From positions 4,504,691-4,568,690 of the forward strand of contig NW_003314261.1 in the NCBI RefSeq assembly GCF_000143415.4: a stretch of DNA of 64,000 nt. Reading direction: 5' to 3'. The first letter of the stretch is position 1, and every line of letters starts with the position of its first letter. The notes beneath the pieces were generated by a model. It saw only the letters and a program-made list of their open reading frames with translations. It did not search any database and had not been told where the DNA came from. This document shows positions 51,583 through 63,883 of the stretch, one piece after another. Made by a program: the position numbers and the translations under genes. Origin of the DNA: Selaginella moellendorffii (Eukaryota; Plantae; Lycopodiophyta).

Positions 51583-51961
51583 GGCCGTGCCGTTCTCGCT
51601 CTCTGTCTCCTTTTCCCGAGATCCAGTTTCGAGGAGAGCTCTTTTTCTTTATGCTTATGTAAATGCTCCACTGGATGGATGGACTGGAGTCGAAGCAACG
51701 TGAGTTATGATTGTTTGTGTACATTGCTCTTCACTCTAAAGGTTGCAGTGACCGATCAAGCAAAGTTTTATGGCAGTAGACAAGTAAACTCGTTTGAAAA
51801 AACTCCCAAGCTTTTGAAGAACACAATCTTTTGAGGGTAGTACAGATCTGTCCAGCTGCTGTAAAATTCACCGAAGCAGTAGGACGAGAAGGAAGTATCG
51901 ACTTGCTCAAGTGCGAGCCGAAAGAAGGAACAAAAAGAAACGCAAGTGAGAAGTAAGAATT

Positions 51962-54479
51962 CTATGCATCCGTAGTCGTGACAGGAGCTCCCAGTATACG
52001 AAGATGTCTGTCAGTGCTTCCAACCGCAAGGAAGGAGGCGTCCGGGCCAAACCTGACGCACGTAACTTTGTCTGCAGCACAAAAGCCCATGAGACACGAA
52101 ATCACAAAAACAAAGGGACTTACTTGATCCCGAGAGATCTGGAAAGGTCTTCACAAGATTCCACTCCTGCTTCACACTTCCCGTTTGGAACACTCTGGAT
52201 GCAACGAGAAAACGGTGTAAGACTGAGTTCCACCTAGAGAAATGAATATGGATGGTACTGTCACCTTATATCTGAGCCAGCGAGCGCGAGATAGGAGCCA
52301 CTGTGATCGAATTGAACTGGCGGAGAGACGAGCACGTAAGAATCTGTAAGGCAACATGGGAAAACAAAGTACAAACCAGTGCTGGTTGGTGTGCTAGGAT
52401 CGTATGGAGAAAACGATCGAAAGTTTTTCAACTTGCGCAGATCCCAAACCTTCACGCCATCGCTGGCGGCAGTCTGCACACGGCGTACGAGTTTAACAAC
52501 GCACCAAAAACAATAACTCGGAAGCACTCACAGCCAGGAAGTAACCATTTTCAGAGAACGATAGTTCAGTCACGGGCCCAGAGTGTCCTTCAAACTTGGC
52601 AACGTTGTTCTGGATAAGGAACAAAGAAAATGTTAAGGCCCGAAACAACAAACTCGAAAGAAAGAGCTTGCCTGTGACTTCACGTCCCAAATGCGAACCA
52701 ACGATTCCGCAGTTCCAGTGCCAAGGATTAAGCCATCAGGATGGAAGGAAGCGGCTGTATATCCATCTTGTACTGCTGCATCGGTAACCTGAAAAACTCG
52801 CATGTTAAAACGGTAATGAGGTATTCTAAAATTTTACCTGCGTTGTACAAGTGCCAGAATTGAGGTCGTAGAAGGCCCATGTTTTGTCATCTGACGCTGT
52901 TACAAAAAATCTGTTCGTTGGATGGACGGTAATCGCCCGAATCTGATAACGAAGTTCAAGTTTACCGAGAGCTTTCATGAAGAACAAAAGCAAACATACC
53001 TCAGCACTGTGTTCCTTAAGCGTCTGTTTACAGCTATATGCCCCTTCCTCACCACCTTGCCAAATTTTTACCGTCTGTAGGAAAGTGACAATAAGAAAAA
53101 TATGCACGACTAAAGCCCTTTGTTCTACCTTATCAGCCGAAGCAGTCAAGACGAGATCATCTCGGGCAACAAATTTTACACTCGTCACCTGCACAAAACA
53201 TCAAGCATGGCTAAATTGCAGCACGAAAATAAGCTGACCTTCTTGCTATGACCAACAAGAGATGCAACGATTTCACCAGAGGAGCGGTCAAAGACAATTG
53301 CATTGCCGTCATTTCCGCCTGTTAGAATGACATCCTAGAATCACACCAATGGATTAAAAACAGAAGGACAAGATAAGCAAACCATATACCTTCTGATGAT
53401 GGATATCTATAGATAATATACCCGGCCTGCTGGTCTTGTGCAAAGGATGGCTTGAAATCACGCTATACTGTTCTAGATTTTCGGCTTTCACCAATGTGGG
53501 TGGAATCTGCACATCAAAAGACTAGAATGAGGCACACAAAAAGACGCGACACGCCCAGACCCACCTGCCGCTTCTTTCGCAAACTAGAAAGGTCAGCATT
53601 GCATTGCGTAAGTTCTGCTATCATCTCGTCAGAGATCCCCTGCTTGAGCGTTTTAGCGGGTGGCAGTTGCTCCAGCTCTGCCTCTATTTCCCTCGTAATC
53701 AGTGAGAGGAAAACTACAAAAGCAAGAGCTTACCCCGTTTGCCGTTGCTAGTTACTGCATCGGCCTCTGGTAGAGCCGCCGGCCTTTGCAGTTCTGCTTG
53801 AGCAAGTAGAGTTCTCGCATCGTCCCTTTCGGTTTTCAGCCTGGCAATCACGCGGCAAGCTGCATCATGCTGCAAACAAACTTGCAGTTAGCTATGGAGT
53901 TACTTGTGGCTGCGGAACCTGATAGAGGGCATGGCTGAGCTCCTGACGAGCATTGTTAAGTTGCTGCTCCAAGTGGTAGTTCGACAAGACAACCGCATCC
54001 CATTCCTGTAGAAATCACCCAAACGGTAAGGATTTTCCAAGCTTGAAACTGTAACGGACTCACATTCTGAAACATTCCAAGCATTCCAGGAATGCTCGTC
54101 GCTGTAACGGGCCTCGGCTTCACGGCCTGCAAATAAAATCTCTAAGACGAGAAGAGAGAAGAAATCCAGACGCGCTCAAAAACCTTGTTAGTCTTCACCG
54201 GTAAGAGATCTTCCTCGGTCAAGGACTCTCCAGTGACAGGGCAAGTCCCATTTTCCTGAAGCACAGCCACAATGCATCGATTGGAACAGCCACTAAACAC
54301 ACTAAATCCTTACCGCAAGATGCTTCTCGATCAGCCTCCTCTCGAAAAGAAGCCCAGAGCGCTTGGAAATCACGGGCTCTTCCGGCGTCAATCCAGAGAC
54401 TGCGAGAAAAACACACAATACGAGCTCGTAACGACGGCTGGAGCTAGAGAAGGAGCATTCACTCACTGGCGCAGAACAT
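51962..54479 (-). CDS. PRP19: Pre-mRNA-processing factor 19 (U-box plus WD40, MAC3-like), many exons
   Basis: [76 protein letters not shown]40 repeats, WDLRKL. Confidence 0.95.
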
Positions 54480-54694
54480 CGTGACGAGCCGAGCCGCTCC
54501 CGCTCCTTCCAAGCCCTAGAAATATAAACCCTAATAGGTCACTATGGCGCTTTAGCGCTGCTGCTTGGAATTCTAGAGCTGGCTCAGAAACGCTCGCTTG
54601 GATTTGGAGCGCCAGAAGAAGAAGGCTAGAGGAAGAAGTAGGAGGGAGGAGGAAGAAGAGAGACAGTAAATTCTCTTTTGAGGGTTTAGGGTTT

Positions 54695-55060
54695 ATGATG
54701 GCCGCGATAGCGCTCAGGTCTTCGATGCGAGCAGCGATGCGTTCCCGGCTATCGGCGCCATCGCCGGCTCCATCTCCAGGTTCTCAGGGTCTTTTGCCCC
54801 TTGTAAATCGTGCTTGCCTCTCAATCGATCGTTCTAGCGATGATGGCGCGCCAATGCAGCGGGATTGACAAGGTCCTTGTGCCATCCCGAAGGTGTCTGG
54901 TGCGATTTCCCTCGCTCTTCTCATGTGGTTCTTTCTCCAGGCTTGGCGAGGTCCTTTTGCATGGAGCCCGTGGAGGAAACAATGAGTAGCAAGGACAAGT
55001 TCTTGAGCCCGCCAAGCTCTGCTACTTCAAACAGCGTTGACATAGCTCCAGGAATCTACA

Positions 55061-55091
<31 letters not shown>

Positions 55092-55210
55092 GGTTGCACT
55101 TGCTAGATCGAAACTTTCATCTCTCTCTCCGTGCCGTGCTTGTTCTTGGTAGATCGAAACTTTTGTCTCTCCGTGGTAGATCGAAACTTTAGCGTTGCTC
55201 TTGCTGGATC

Positions 55211-55258
<48 letters not shown>

Positions 55259-55877
55259 CTCCCTCCGTGCCGTGCTTGTTCCTGGTAGATCGAAACTTTT
55301 GTCTCTCCGTGGTAGATCGAAACTTTAGTATTGCTCTTGCTGGATCGAAACTTTCGTTTAGATCAAACTTACATTTTTTCTTCTTTTGCTAGGCTATTCT
55401 GATTGGTAAAGTCGGGCAGCCACCCACTGTGAAAACTCTCAGCAGTGGCACGGAAGTGGTCACCTTTCCTTTGGGAACTGGAGGCCTGAGGAACCACCGA
55501 CGAGCGCTCGAAGGAGAGAGCCCCCAAGCCTACGCGCAGCGTAGCTTCGTGCAATGGCACAGGATCTGCGTGTTCAAGCCCACGCTCGTCACCCTTGCCA
55601 TGCAGATCAAAAAGGGGTGAGGACATTGTCTTTCTTTCTCGTTCTTCACGAGTGTCTTCTCCCAGGATGAACGTCTACGTCGAGGGAAACATCGAGACAC
55701 GAGTCTACAAGGACACGGTAAGCGGCACTTTCAAGCGCTTGCGAGAGATTTCCATCCGGCAACACGGTAAGGAGCAAATCGAAAGCAAATCGAATTAGTT
55801 TACTCACAGATGACAACGCAGGCCGCCTGTATATGATGGGAACCAAGCCTCTACTCGCGTCTGAAGTCAAAGAATGA
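54695..55877 (+). CDS. Mitochondrial single-stranded DNA-binding protein
   Basis: Arg/Ser/Ala-rich presequence; GIYK/AILIGKVGQPP, LGTGGLRNHRR, VQWHRICVF, VYVEGNIETRVY. Confidence 0.9.
55065..55370 (+). repeat. Intronic 136-bp tandem duplication with (CT)n tracts and GATCGAAACTTT motifs
   Basis: Motif at 55106, 55152, 55179, 55288, 55315 and 55343. Confidence 0.85.
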
Positions 55878-55993
55878 GCTAGAACACGCTACCTTTGAAT
55901 TGCTGTTTTGCTGTTTTCGTTTTGTTCTTCCACTCTTGTCCATATCCACAATGAAAGTAATATGTACGAAAGTTCCTCTTCTCGAGATCTAGT

Positions 55994-57103
55994 CTAGTTC
56001 GTTGTTGACATCTTGAATTTGCAAACCGGGCAAGTGGCCTGCTGTCTTAGCCACTGATCGATGCAATGCGGATGAAACTGGAAGAGTCAAAGCGTCAGTG
56101 ATGGAAAGCAAGCGTAGAGTAGAACCTGGTGTAAGCACGGCAGGGTTCTAACAATCTCCCCTTCCATAACTTGCTCCAGGCAGACGCTACAAGTGAGCTC
56201 CTCTAGCTTCTCGTCCAACGAAGAAGAAGGAGATCCCTTGTTTGGATCAGAAGATGCCTGTGGCTGATGCTGCTGAGAGCTTCCTTGTTGGCTTCAAACA
56301 CAACGTGAACAAAGTTATGGGAAAGAAAGAAACAGAGAAACAAAGAAGTCACCTCTTTTGTGGTTTGTACTTGTGAACGGGGAGCGAGTTTATCTCTGCC
56401 TCGCTCAACGCCGGCACGCCGGGAGGATTATCTGGATCCAGAGCCCGCAAGGCATCGTAATCTGTTGGAACGAACGAGGTGAGAGAAGAGCGGAAGCAAA
56501 GTTACAAACCAAGTTCGTCAAACTCCCGATCGAGGAGCGCAAGCTGCAAGCGTAAGCCGTGAAGCCGGCCCCTGGTTGCAAAGGCGATGGGCGGCATCCT
56601 CAGACGAAGCTCGGTGTGACCAATCAGCCCGTTTGCCGTCGCTGCCACAGCCGCGGCGTTTGCATGGGCTTGGATTTGCTGGCACATTGCGTACATCCGG
56701 ATGCTTGTGGTTATGAGGAAAACGGCCATGCCAAACCATAACTGCAGAGAAGAATCGTGATCGTATAGCTTCGCTTCCAAAAGAAAGAATCTATTTTTCT
56801 AGCCATACCAGGAAGTTTGGAGACACCGGCTGGGAATTGAGAACCATGAACAGCAAGAACACTGGACAAAGCCACCGTCAACACGAAAGCTTCAAGTCTG
56901 GAATCTCTTACTTGTGATGAAAATGATGACAGGATTCGTGTTGAGCGGCCTTCCCCCGCCATGGAACCTCTGGAGCAGGCAAAACAATTTAGTGTAACTG
57001 TAACTTTGGGAGAATTGGCGCTTACCACCGCTCGCCGCTCGGGTATGAAATCGTGGAACCCGCTCTCGATGTCGGCTCTCGTCCCCCGGAAGACGAAGCT
57101 CAT
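55994..57103 (-). CDS. SDIR1: RING-H2 E3 ligase, SDIR1-like
   Basis: MSFVFRGTRADIESGF, two TM segments, GHTELRL, RGRLHGLRLQLALLDREFDEL/DY, CSVCLEQV..LPCLHQ/FHPHCIDQWLRQQATCPVCK. Confidence 0.9.
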
Positions 57104-58873
57104 CCTCGCAGCTGGGAAGAAAATGGAGACCTAAAAAACCTAAAAACCCTCTTCTTTGAGGATCGAACACGCAACCTTCGAGGAGCTTTACCGTGTCAAA
57201 GTTACGCGATCCTGGATGCTGGAGAACATTAAAAGAAGAGAAAGTGATGGCTCCACGAAAAGAAAAAATCAAGAGAAACAAAACAGGAGAATGGGACTTA
57301 CGAGCATGCAAACAAGCACGCAACGCCGTAGTCGAGCTGGGAGTTTTCAGAGCTCCTCCGCAAGATACGCTTCCAAATCTTTGAAAATAAAGGAAGCGAT
57401 TGTCAGTCGCAGTCGAGTTAGCATGAACGAATGCAATGTTTCAATCAGTCAGGTAAGGCACTGGAATGGAACGCAAATTCAAGCAACTTGCAAGGAGCGA
57501 TCAACACGACTTTGCCATCCTCAGCTCACCTTGTGTACTGACTTACCTCCTCTTTCTCTCTCCCCAATCTCTTTCTCTTTTTCAACACCTTCGCAGTCTT
57601 GGCGGTGCTGCGAGCTATCCATTTCCACAGGATAAGTTAAAGGCGGTCGCACTTCAGCCTGTTTGAAAAGAGAAAGAGATAGTGTGAGAGAGGAAGATTA
57701 GCCAGTAAACGCAGCTTCTTGCCTGAACAGACGACTTACTATAACTCGCCATATGTCCGGTACTCCTACGTGCATCCTCGTCGTCGCATCCTTGCCTCAA
57801 GCCACTAGCAACTTTGATAGCCACGCTCGAAGTAACAGCAGCAAACTAACCGCGTGGGCGATGGACCTTACAGCACCACCATGCTTAGCAATCACGATAG
57901 AATTAAACGGAGCTTTCCTGTACCTGGATGGGAACAGGAACCAGCTGAGCCGAGAGTCAAGCCGCGCTCTTAACACGGTCAAGGAAGTACTTCGCTGGAG
58001 AGATCCATATCCATATCGTATAACTTGGTGACAAGTACATCTCCGACGTTCACAGCTCTCTCGTTCATATTCCTTGCTTGCTGCCACAGAGTCTCAAAAA
58101 ACGTAAGAAAGTTTCAAAGGAGCTAAAGTGTAGATAGAGTACCTTTTCACTAAGCTCCCAAAAATTTTCGAGCAAAGCTCATTCAATGCGAATCTCAAAC
58201 GAACCAGAGCTCGTCGCTCCACCGTTTGAATCCGGACGAACCTCGCCTTAGCTGCGACGTCCACCATCTGTCCGGACAGCTCAACTGCGTAAAGAAGTAG
58301 TAACACTCGCCTCGGCTGGCACAACAAGGACACCCTCCGGGAATGTCAAATGATTGAAAGTTAAGTGGAACCAATTCCCAAAGCACAAGGCAAGGCATTC
58401 TCGCAAATATGCGGCTGCTGCTGCCAGAAGGCCTATACTAAAATACTCGTCAGATCTACTGTCACTCCAGCTTAGAGTCATCTAACTTAGTCTTTTTATA
58501 CACTAGAAAATAAACCGAAAGTATGGTTTATAGCAGAAAATAAAGCCAAACACAAACCGACAACACACAAGACAAGACAACGCATGACAAAACGAACACG
58601 AAGCTCAACGAAGAACATGGAAAAATACCTCGGCTTGAAAAGTCTCTCCGAAGCCTTTTATAAACTCATCGTTTCGGCCACGAGAACGTAGCCTCTACTT
58701 ACAATTCCCGCTTTAGAACCTGCTGGATCTGTAACAGCAGGCCTCTCATCAGTACTATGAAATCCCCAGGACCTGCTAAACTGGAGCTGGAAGCAGCTAT
58801 ACATATATGTATAACCCATGTAAAAAACTGTGGCCCGATCGTAAGTGATACCGAACATTTCCCCCCTCTCATC

Positions 58874-59524
58874 CTAGACACCGGAAGAACACGACACCGC
58901 AGACTGGACTCTCAAAGGATACTGGAAGGAATTCGCGTAGTGGAAAAAGATACTCTCACCTCCACTGATGGCTTTACCATCGTTAACGATGCAGTCGTTG
59001 TAGCCGACCCTCTTGAAGATCTTGGGATTGACGAGCTTGGCGGACGCGAACCAGCCGCAAGCAATGTGGATGTTGGACAAGGGGCAGCCCACCACGCAGA
59101 GATTGATGATCTGGACGCTGTAAGTTGGGATGCCATTGGGGAGCGGACTGGAGCGGCCTTGGAAGACACTGATGTCCGACTTGGTACACTCGTCCGAGAT
59201 ACGATCTAGAGAAGGAAAGTTATAGCTGAGTGTTTTCGCCAAAGTGTGAAAGCTGAGTAGAGAACGCTTGCTTACTAGTGCCGAGATTTCTTCGTTTCCT
59301 GCTATAGAGCTGGCTTGCGAGGAGGCGTCGGCTCCAACTCGCAGACTCGACTGTTGAGTTCCTTTGAGATATTTCCAGCAATTCTACACAATAGAAGTTT
59401 GATCGATTGAAATGGCACCGACAAGGAAAAAAATATCCATACCTGGTGGAGATTCGTCGGCGCTGGATAGCTGAATGATCAGGAGAAACACAAGAACGGC
59501 TTGGATCCAAACGAGACGCGGCAT
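58874..59524 (-). CDS. TPD1-like secreted cysteine-rich peptide, 3 exons
   Basis: Signal peptide MPRLVWIQAVLVFLL; CTKSDISVFQG..PLPNGIPTYSVQI.N.C..GC..SNIH..CGWFASAKLVNP.IFKR..NDCIVNDG..F.YANSF.YPL. Confidence 0.9.
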
Positions 59525-60379
59525 CGATCGATCTATCACTAGATATTTCACGGATTCCAGCATGCAATAGCTCTTGCCTGGCCGCCCGCATTCACAGCAT
59601 TTCCCACGGTGCAAGAGCTGAATCAAGCTTCCTGGAATCAAGAAGGGCCATTCTTTCCTCTCCCCTGCCAATGCTCGCCGGAGAAAGGAATGCCGGAGGG
59701 AGACACGATCGAAAGCGCTCGGACCTCCGGATCACCGGAGAATGCAGGCCGATCGCGCGCCGGCGTGGATCGATCGCCAATCCAGTGATAGGGCAACAGC
59801 GCTATCAAAATCACTGCGCACGCTCCAGACTCAGACGCTTTCTCCAATCATTCCCCCACCACACATGCTTCTACTGCTTGTGGAAATGAGCTAGGGTTCT
59901 TGAGCACACGAGGGCGCCAGACAACATAAAAACACTTTCTCATCAGCTGTGGAGCCTTCTTGTCCGTCGATGGCCCACGAATCCACCGGCCAGACTCGAA
60001 GGCCACCTTGGCAGCCCCCCAGCCGCTGATTTTCTCGTTACCAACGGCCCGGATGAATTGAAAAGGCCAAAGCTCGTGCGGAGGGGAAAGTGACGCCAAC
60101 TCGGTAACTACGGCCGGCGGCGAAGATTCTGCGGAGCTCATTTACAGTTAGTAACTACTGCCGGCGTGGTAAAAAAGTGGACGGTTAATTGCCTAGTGGA
60201 TGTAGGGATATACCCCGCATCGGGCTGTCCTTCGATCAATGCAACACCGAGCGTAGCTAGCTCGTCAAATTTACTACGCTTCCATTTACTAGACCCCTTA
60301 CTATAGCTCGCTCCTTCAATTTTAAAACACTGGCGGCATATTCGTGCGGGTTTGCAAGAATATCCTCCCAGTACTTTGC

Positions 60380-61191
60380 TCAGATTCTCCTTCCCGGGCC
60401 TTGGGAGAAAGCATCACTCCACATTCCACCTTGGTCGCGCTCGTCCCATCTTTTAGCCTCTGCGAACGCGTCCTTGAATGGGACCGTGCAATCCACCGAG
60501 CCAGCCTCGTATTGGCGCTTCATCTTCTTCATGCCGGCGAGGTGATGGCGCAGTGCCTCCTCGTGGGCCTTTTGGAGCGCGGTTTTCTTCACGGGAGGAC
60601 CCCTCCGCCCTTCTTGGAACGCTTTGATCCTCTCCTCGCTCAGGCATTGATCGCGCAGCCTCTCCTGGAGCGTCAATTCGGCCTGTTGCGACATCAAGAT
60701 CGATCAAAAACTCGTGTCAAAGATGGAATTTGAGAACTCACTTCGACAATTTCGCGAGCCAGCCGCTTGTGCCATGGATTCCTCTTCAATCCGAATGCCT
60801 TCATCACTTCCATCTGCCGGGAAGCAAAAAGAGACGCGGGGTGATCGCTAGAAGTAACGCTGGGAGGAAAGAGAGTGATCGTCACAGCTAGCAAGGAAGA
60901 GAAGTCACTTACTCGAGAGCTATAAATTCCGACTCTGGATGCCGCGTGAGGAACGATTCTATAAACGCATCCTCTGGCTGCCGCTCCTTCTTCGTCTTCT
61001 TGGTCACCAGAGGCTCTTCTTGCATTCTGGATAAACCCAATCAATCCAGGATCAAAATGCCGGTCGATCAGTCGATTGAATTCTAACCTGCGCGCGGCCT
61101 TCATCCAGACCTGCTCGGGGATCCATCCCGCCTCCACGGCCTGCAGCGCCTTGGCCAGCATTTTCCCCTTCATGAACGTCGCCTTGCCCAT
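60380..61191 (-). CDS. Probable mitochondrial ribosomal protein mS23-like, 4 exons
   Basis: FMKGKML..VWMKA, PEDAFIESFLTRHPES and PASLFASRQMEVMK resemble plant mS23 (FMKGDLL..VWLKA, PEDxYVxKF..KHP, ARxFGxRVLELK). Confidence 0.6.
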
Positions 61192-61361
61192 CTCGCTCGT
61201 AAAACCCTACGCGAAGAACCCTAAAAATGCCCACAGCCCTAACTACCGGGCTTTGTTGCCCATTTGGTGCCTTTTAATTTTCTTGTGTGTGCGTTTTTTT
61301 CGTTTTGGGGGCTTATGTAGGGCGCGGCGGGCCGCTCCTCGATCGCCTGGGATCGATCACC

Positions 61362-63522
61362 ATGGATCAGATGAAGAAGAAGCTGATGCCGCTCATCAAC
61401 ATGCGGCCAGACATGTCGATTGATGCCTCGGCGTCCTACAAGGTGAGTGTCGATCAAGAGAATTGGAAATTTCGCCCCCCTGGATCGAATGCCCGGGGTT
61501 TCCAGAGCGCGCACCGCACCTGGCGCTCTGGAAATCTCTAGGGTTTCGTCTCTGTGTGATCGATCTTGGGAATTCCCTTGGTTGTCGGTGCTAATTCAGC
61601 TTGCTGGCGGCACAGGTCACGGATGGAGGGACCTTGAATCTTCTGAGCAGATCTTGTGGCGAGTATAATATCAATCAGCTGGGCCTCCAGAAGAAGAGCT
61701 CTGCCGGTGGAGACGACAAAGACGACAAGGAGAGAACTTATCAATGCGCGTCCAACGAAATGTGCGTTTTTGGAGCAATTGGATGGGGAGCTAGCAGCGT
61801 CGTTCGCAAGGCTATTCATATTCCAACGCATCGGATTCTCGCCCTCAAGAAGATCAACGTCTTTGAGAAGGTTTTCTTTCCAAGTTCCTTTTTCTTCTTC
61901 GAGATGGTGATGATCTTTTTTTCTTTGGCTTCTCCCTTTGCGTTTGATTCAGGAAAAACGTCAACAGTTGCTAAACGAGATTCGGACACTGTGCGAAGCG
62001 CCCATGGCGAAAGGCCTTGTAGAGTTTTACGGGGCGTTTTATTCGCCTGATAGCGGACAGATTAGCATAGCGTTGGAGTACATGGATGGAGGATCACTTG
62101 CGGATATCGTGCGAAACAAGAAGTTTATTCCTGAGCCGATTCTGTCGGTCATCACACGAAAAGTTTTACAGGTAAAGCCTCACCTTTACGGTAAGCTTCG
62201 CTTTTTCGCGTGCTCGCAATCAGTCACGAAAGTTGTGTGTTATTTTCCAGGGCTTGCAGTTTCTTCACGGAGTAAGACATCTAGTTCACCGAGACATTAA
62301 ACCTGCAAACCTTCTAATCAATCTGATAGGTGAGCCGAAAATCACAGATTTTGGGATCAGTGCTGGCCTTGACAACTCCATTGCCATGGTATGCGTTCGC
62401 ATCTTAGTGACCAAGCTCAAGCCTGCTTAATTTGCACTTTGCTTGGCAGTGTGCCACGTTTGTCGGCACGGTGACTTACATGTCTCCAGAGAGAATCAAC
62501 AACGAGTGCTACTCGTACCCGGCGGATATCTGGAGTCTGGGACTTGCGTTGCTGGAGTGTGGTACTGGAGAGTTCCCTTACAACGCTAGCAAGGGCCCTG
62601 TGAATCTGATGCTTCAAGTAAGGTTTTTGTCCTGGTAGCCGACACTACTCTCCTGTATGTTCTGATCTGTGTAAGTTGCTTACAGGTAATGTATGATCCG
62701 TCTCCAGCCCCGCCTGCGGACAGATTCTCCTGCGAGTTTCGGTCGTTTGTGGAAGCATGCCTACGAAAAGATGCCGATACAAGGCCAACAGCAGAACAGG
62801 TTGGAATTTATTTCGGCTCCCAGAGGTCCCCAGTTTTACATGTTCGTTTCTGCTGCAGCTTTTACAACACCCATTTATTAAGAAGTACGAGAACGCAGAT
62901 GTTGACTTGGCTGGTTTTGTGCACAGTGTCTTCGATCCAACAGAGCGGTTGAAAGACCTGTCTGATGTAAGATGTTTTGTTTTCTCTCTTCCACTTGACT
63001 TACTGATCATTGAGACGCTGCAGATGCTTACGGTCCATTACTACATGCTGTTTGACGGTCCTGACTCGCTATGGCATCACATGAAGACTTTCTACCGCCA
63101 AAACTCGACTTTCTCGTGAGTTTGCTTTTCTCGTCTGCCGGTCCCCTTTAATTCCCTCCTTACGCAGGTTCGCGAACCAAACCGTCTGCGGTCTGGATCA
63201 AGTGTTCACGACGCTCACGGACATCCGCAACATGCTGGCCGGGGAGCGAGCCGAGGAGAGGCTCGTTCACGTCGTGGAGAACTTGCAGTGCTGCGCGTAC
63301 TCCAAGCGGGGCATCGTGATCCGGGTGTCCGGGGCCTTCGTGCTGGGGAGCCACTTCATTCCGACCAGCGACGGCATCCAAGTGGAGGGACTCCTGGCCA
63401 GCCCGTCCTTGGACGTCCAGAGCCGGCAGATGGGAACGTTTAGCGAGCAGTTTGTGATGGAGCCGGCCGAGCAACAAGGCTCCTTTTTCATCTCCAAGCA
63501 GGAGCTCTACATCCAGCAATAG
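61362..63522 (+). CDS. MKK3: MAP kinase kinase 3 (group B, C-terminal NTF2 domain), multi-exon
   Basis: [60 protein letters not shown]-terminal NTF2-like domain ending ISKQELYI. Confidence 0.96.
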
Positions 63523-63883
63523 TGAAGAAACTATGGCTGCTGCTACAAGCGCTACACAGGCGGGACAGGGAAAACAAGCGCGATCAAATGAGCTCCAAGT
63601 CAATCAGCCACAGGGCATCTCACAGATTTGGGAAGAAGTTCTTAGCGAGAAGCCACAGAGACGACGGTGACGAAGAGGTTTCTTTCAAGTTATGGCAAAG
63701 CGATAGGAAGGAAATAATGCCGAGTTTTTTTTTTCTGTAAACTATGTTGTAAAGTATGGTGGAAGAAAGTGGTTTTGTTTATATCTTAAACTTTGGATTC
63801 TAAGCCTTTAAAGTAAAGTAGTTGTTAGGGTTTTTGGTTTTTGTTGGTAGCTAGGGCTGATCGAGAGCGCGCTACGCTTGGGA

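Noticed and set aside
22157-63522. Three NTF2-fold domains and two fucosyltransferase-named genes in one window
   Set aside because: Different families (WUN1 versus MKK3; GT106 versus GT10) with no sequence link; coincidence
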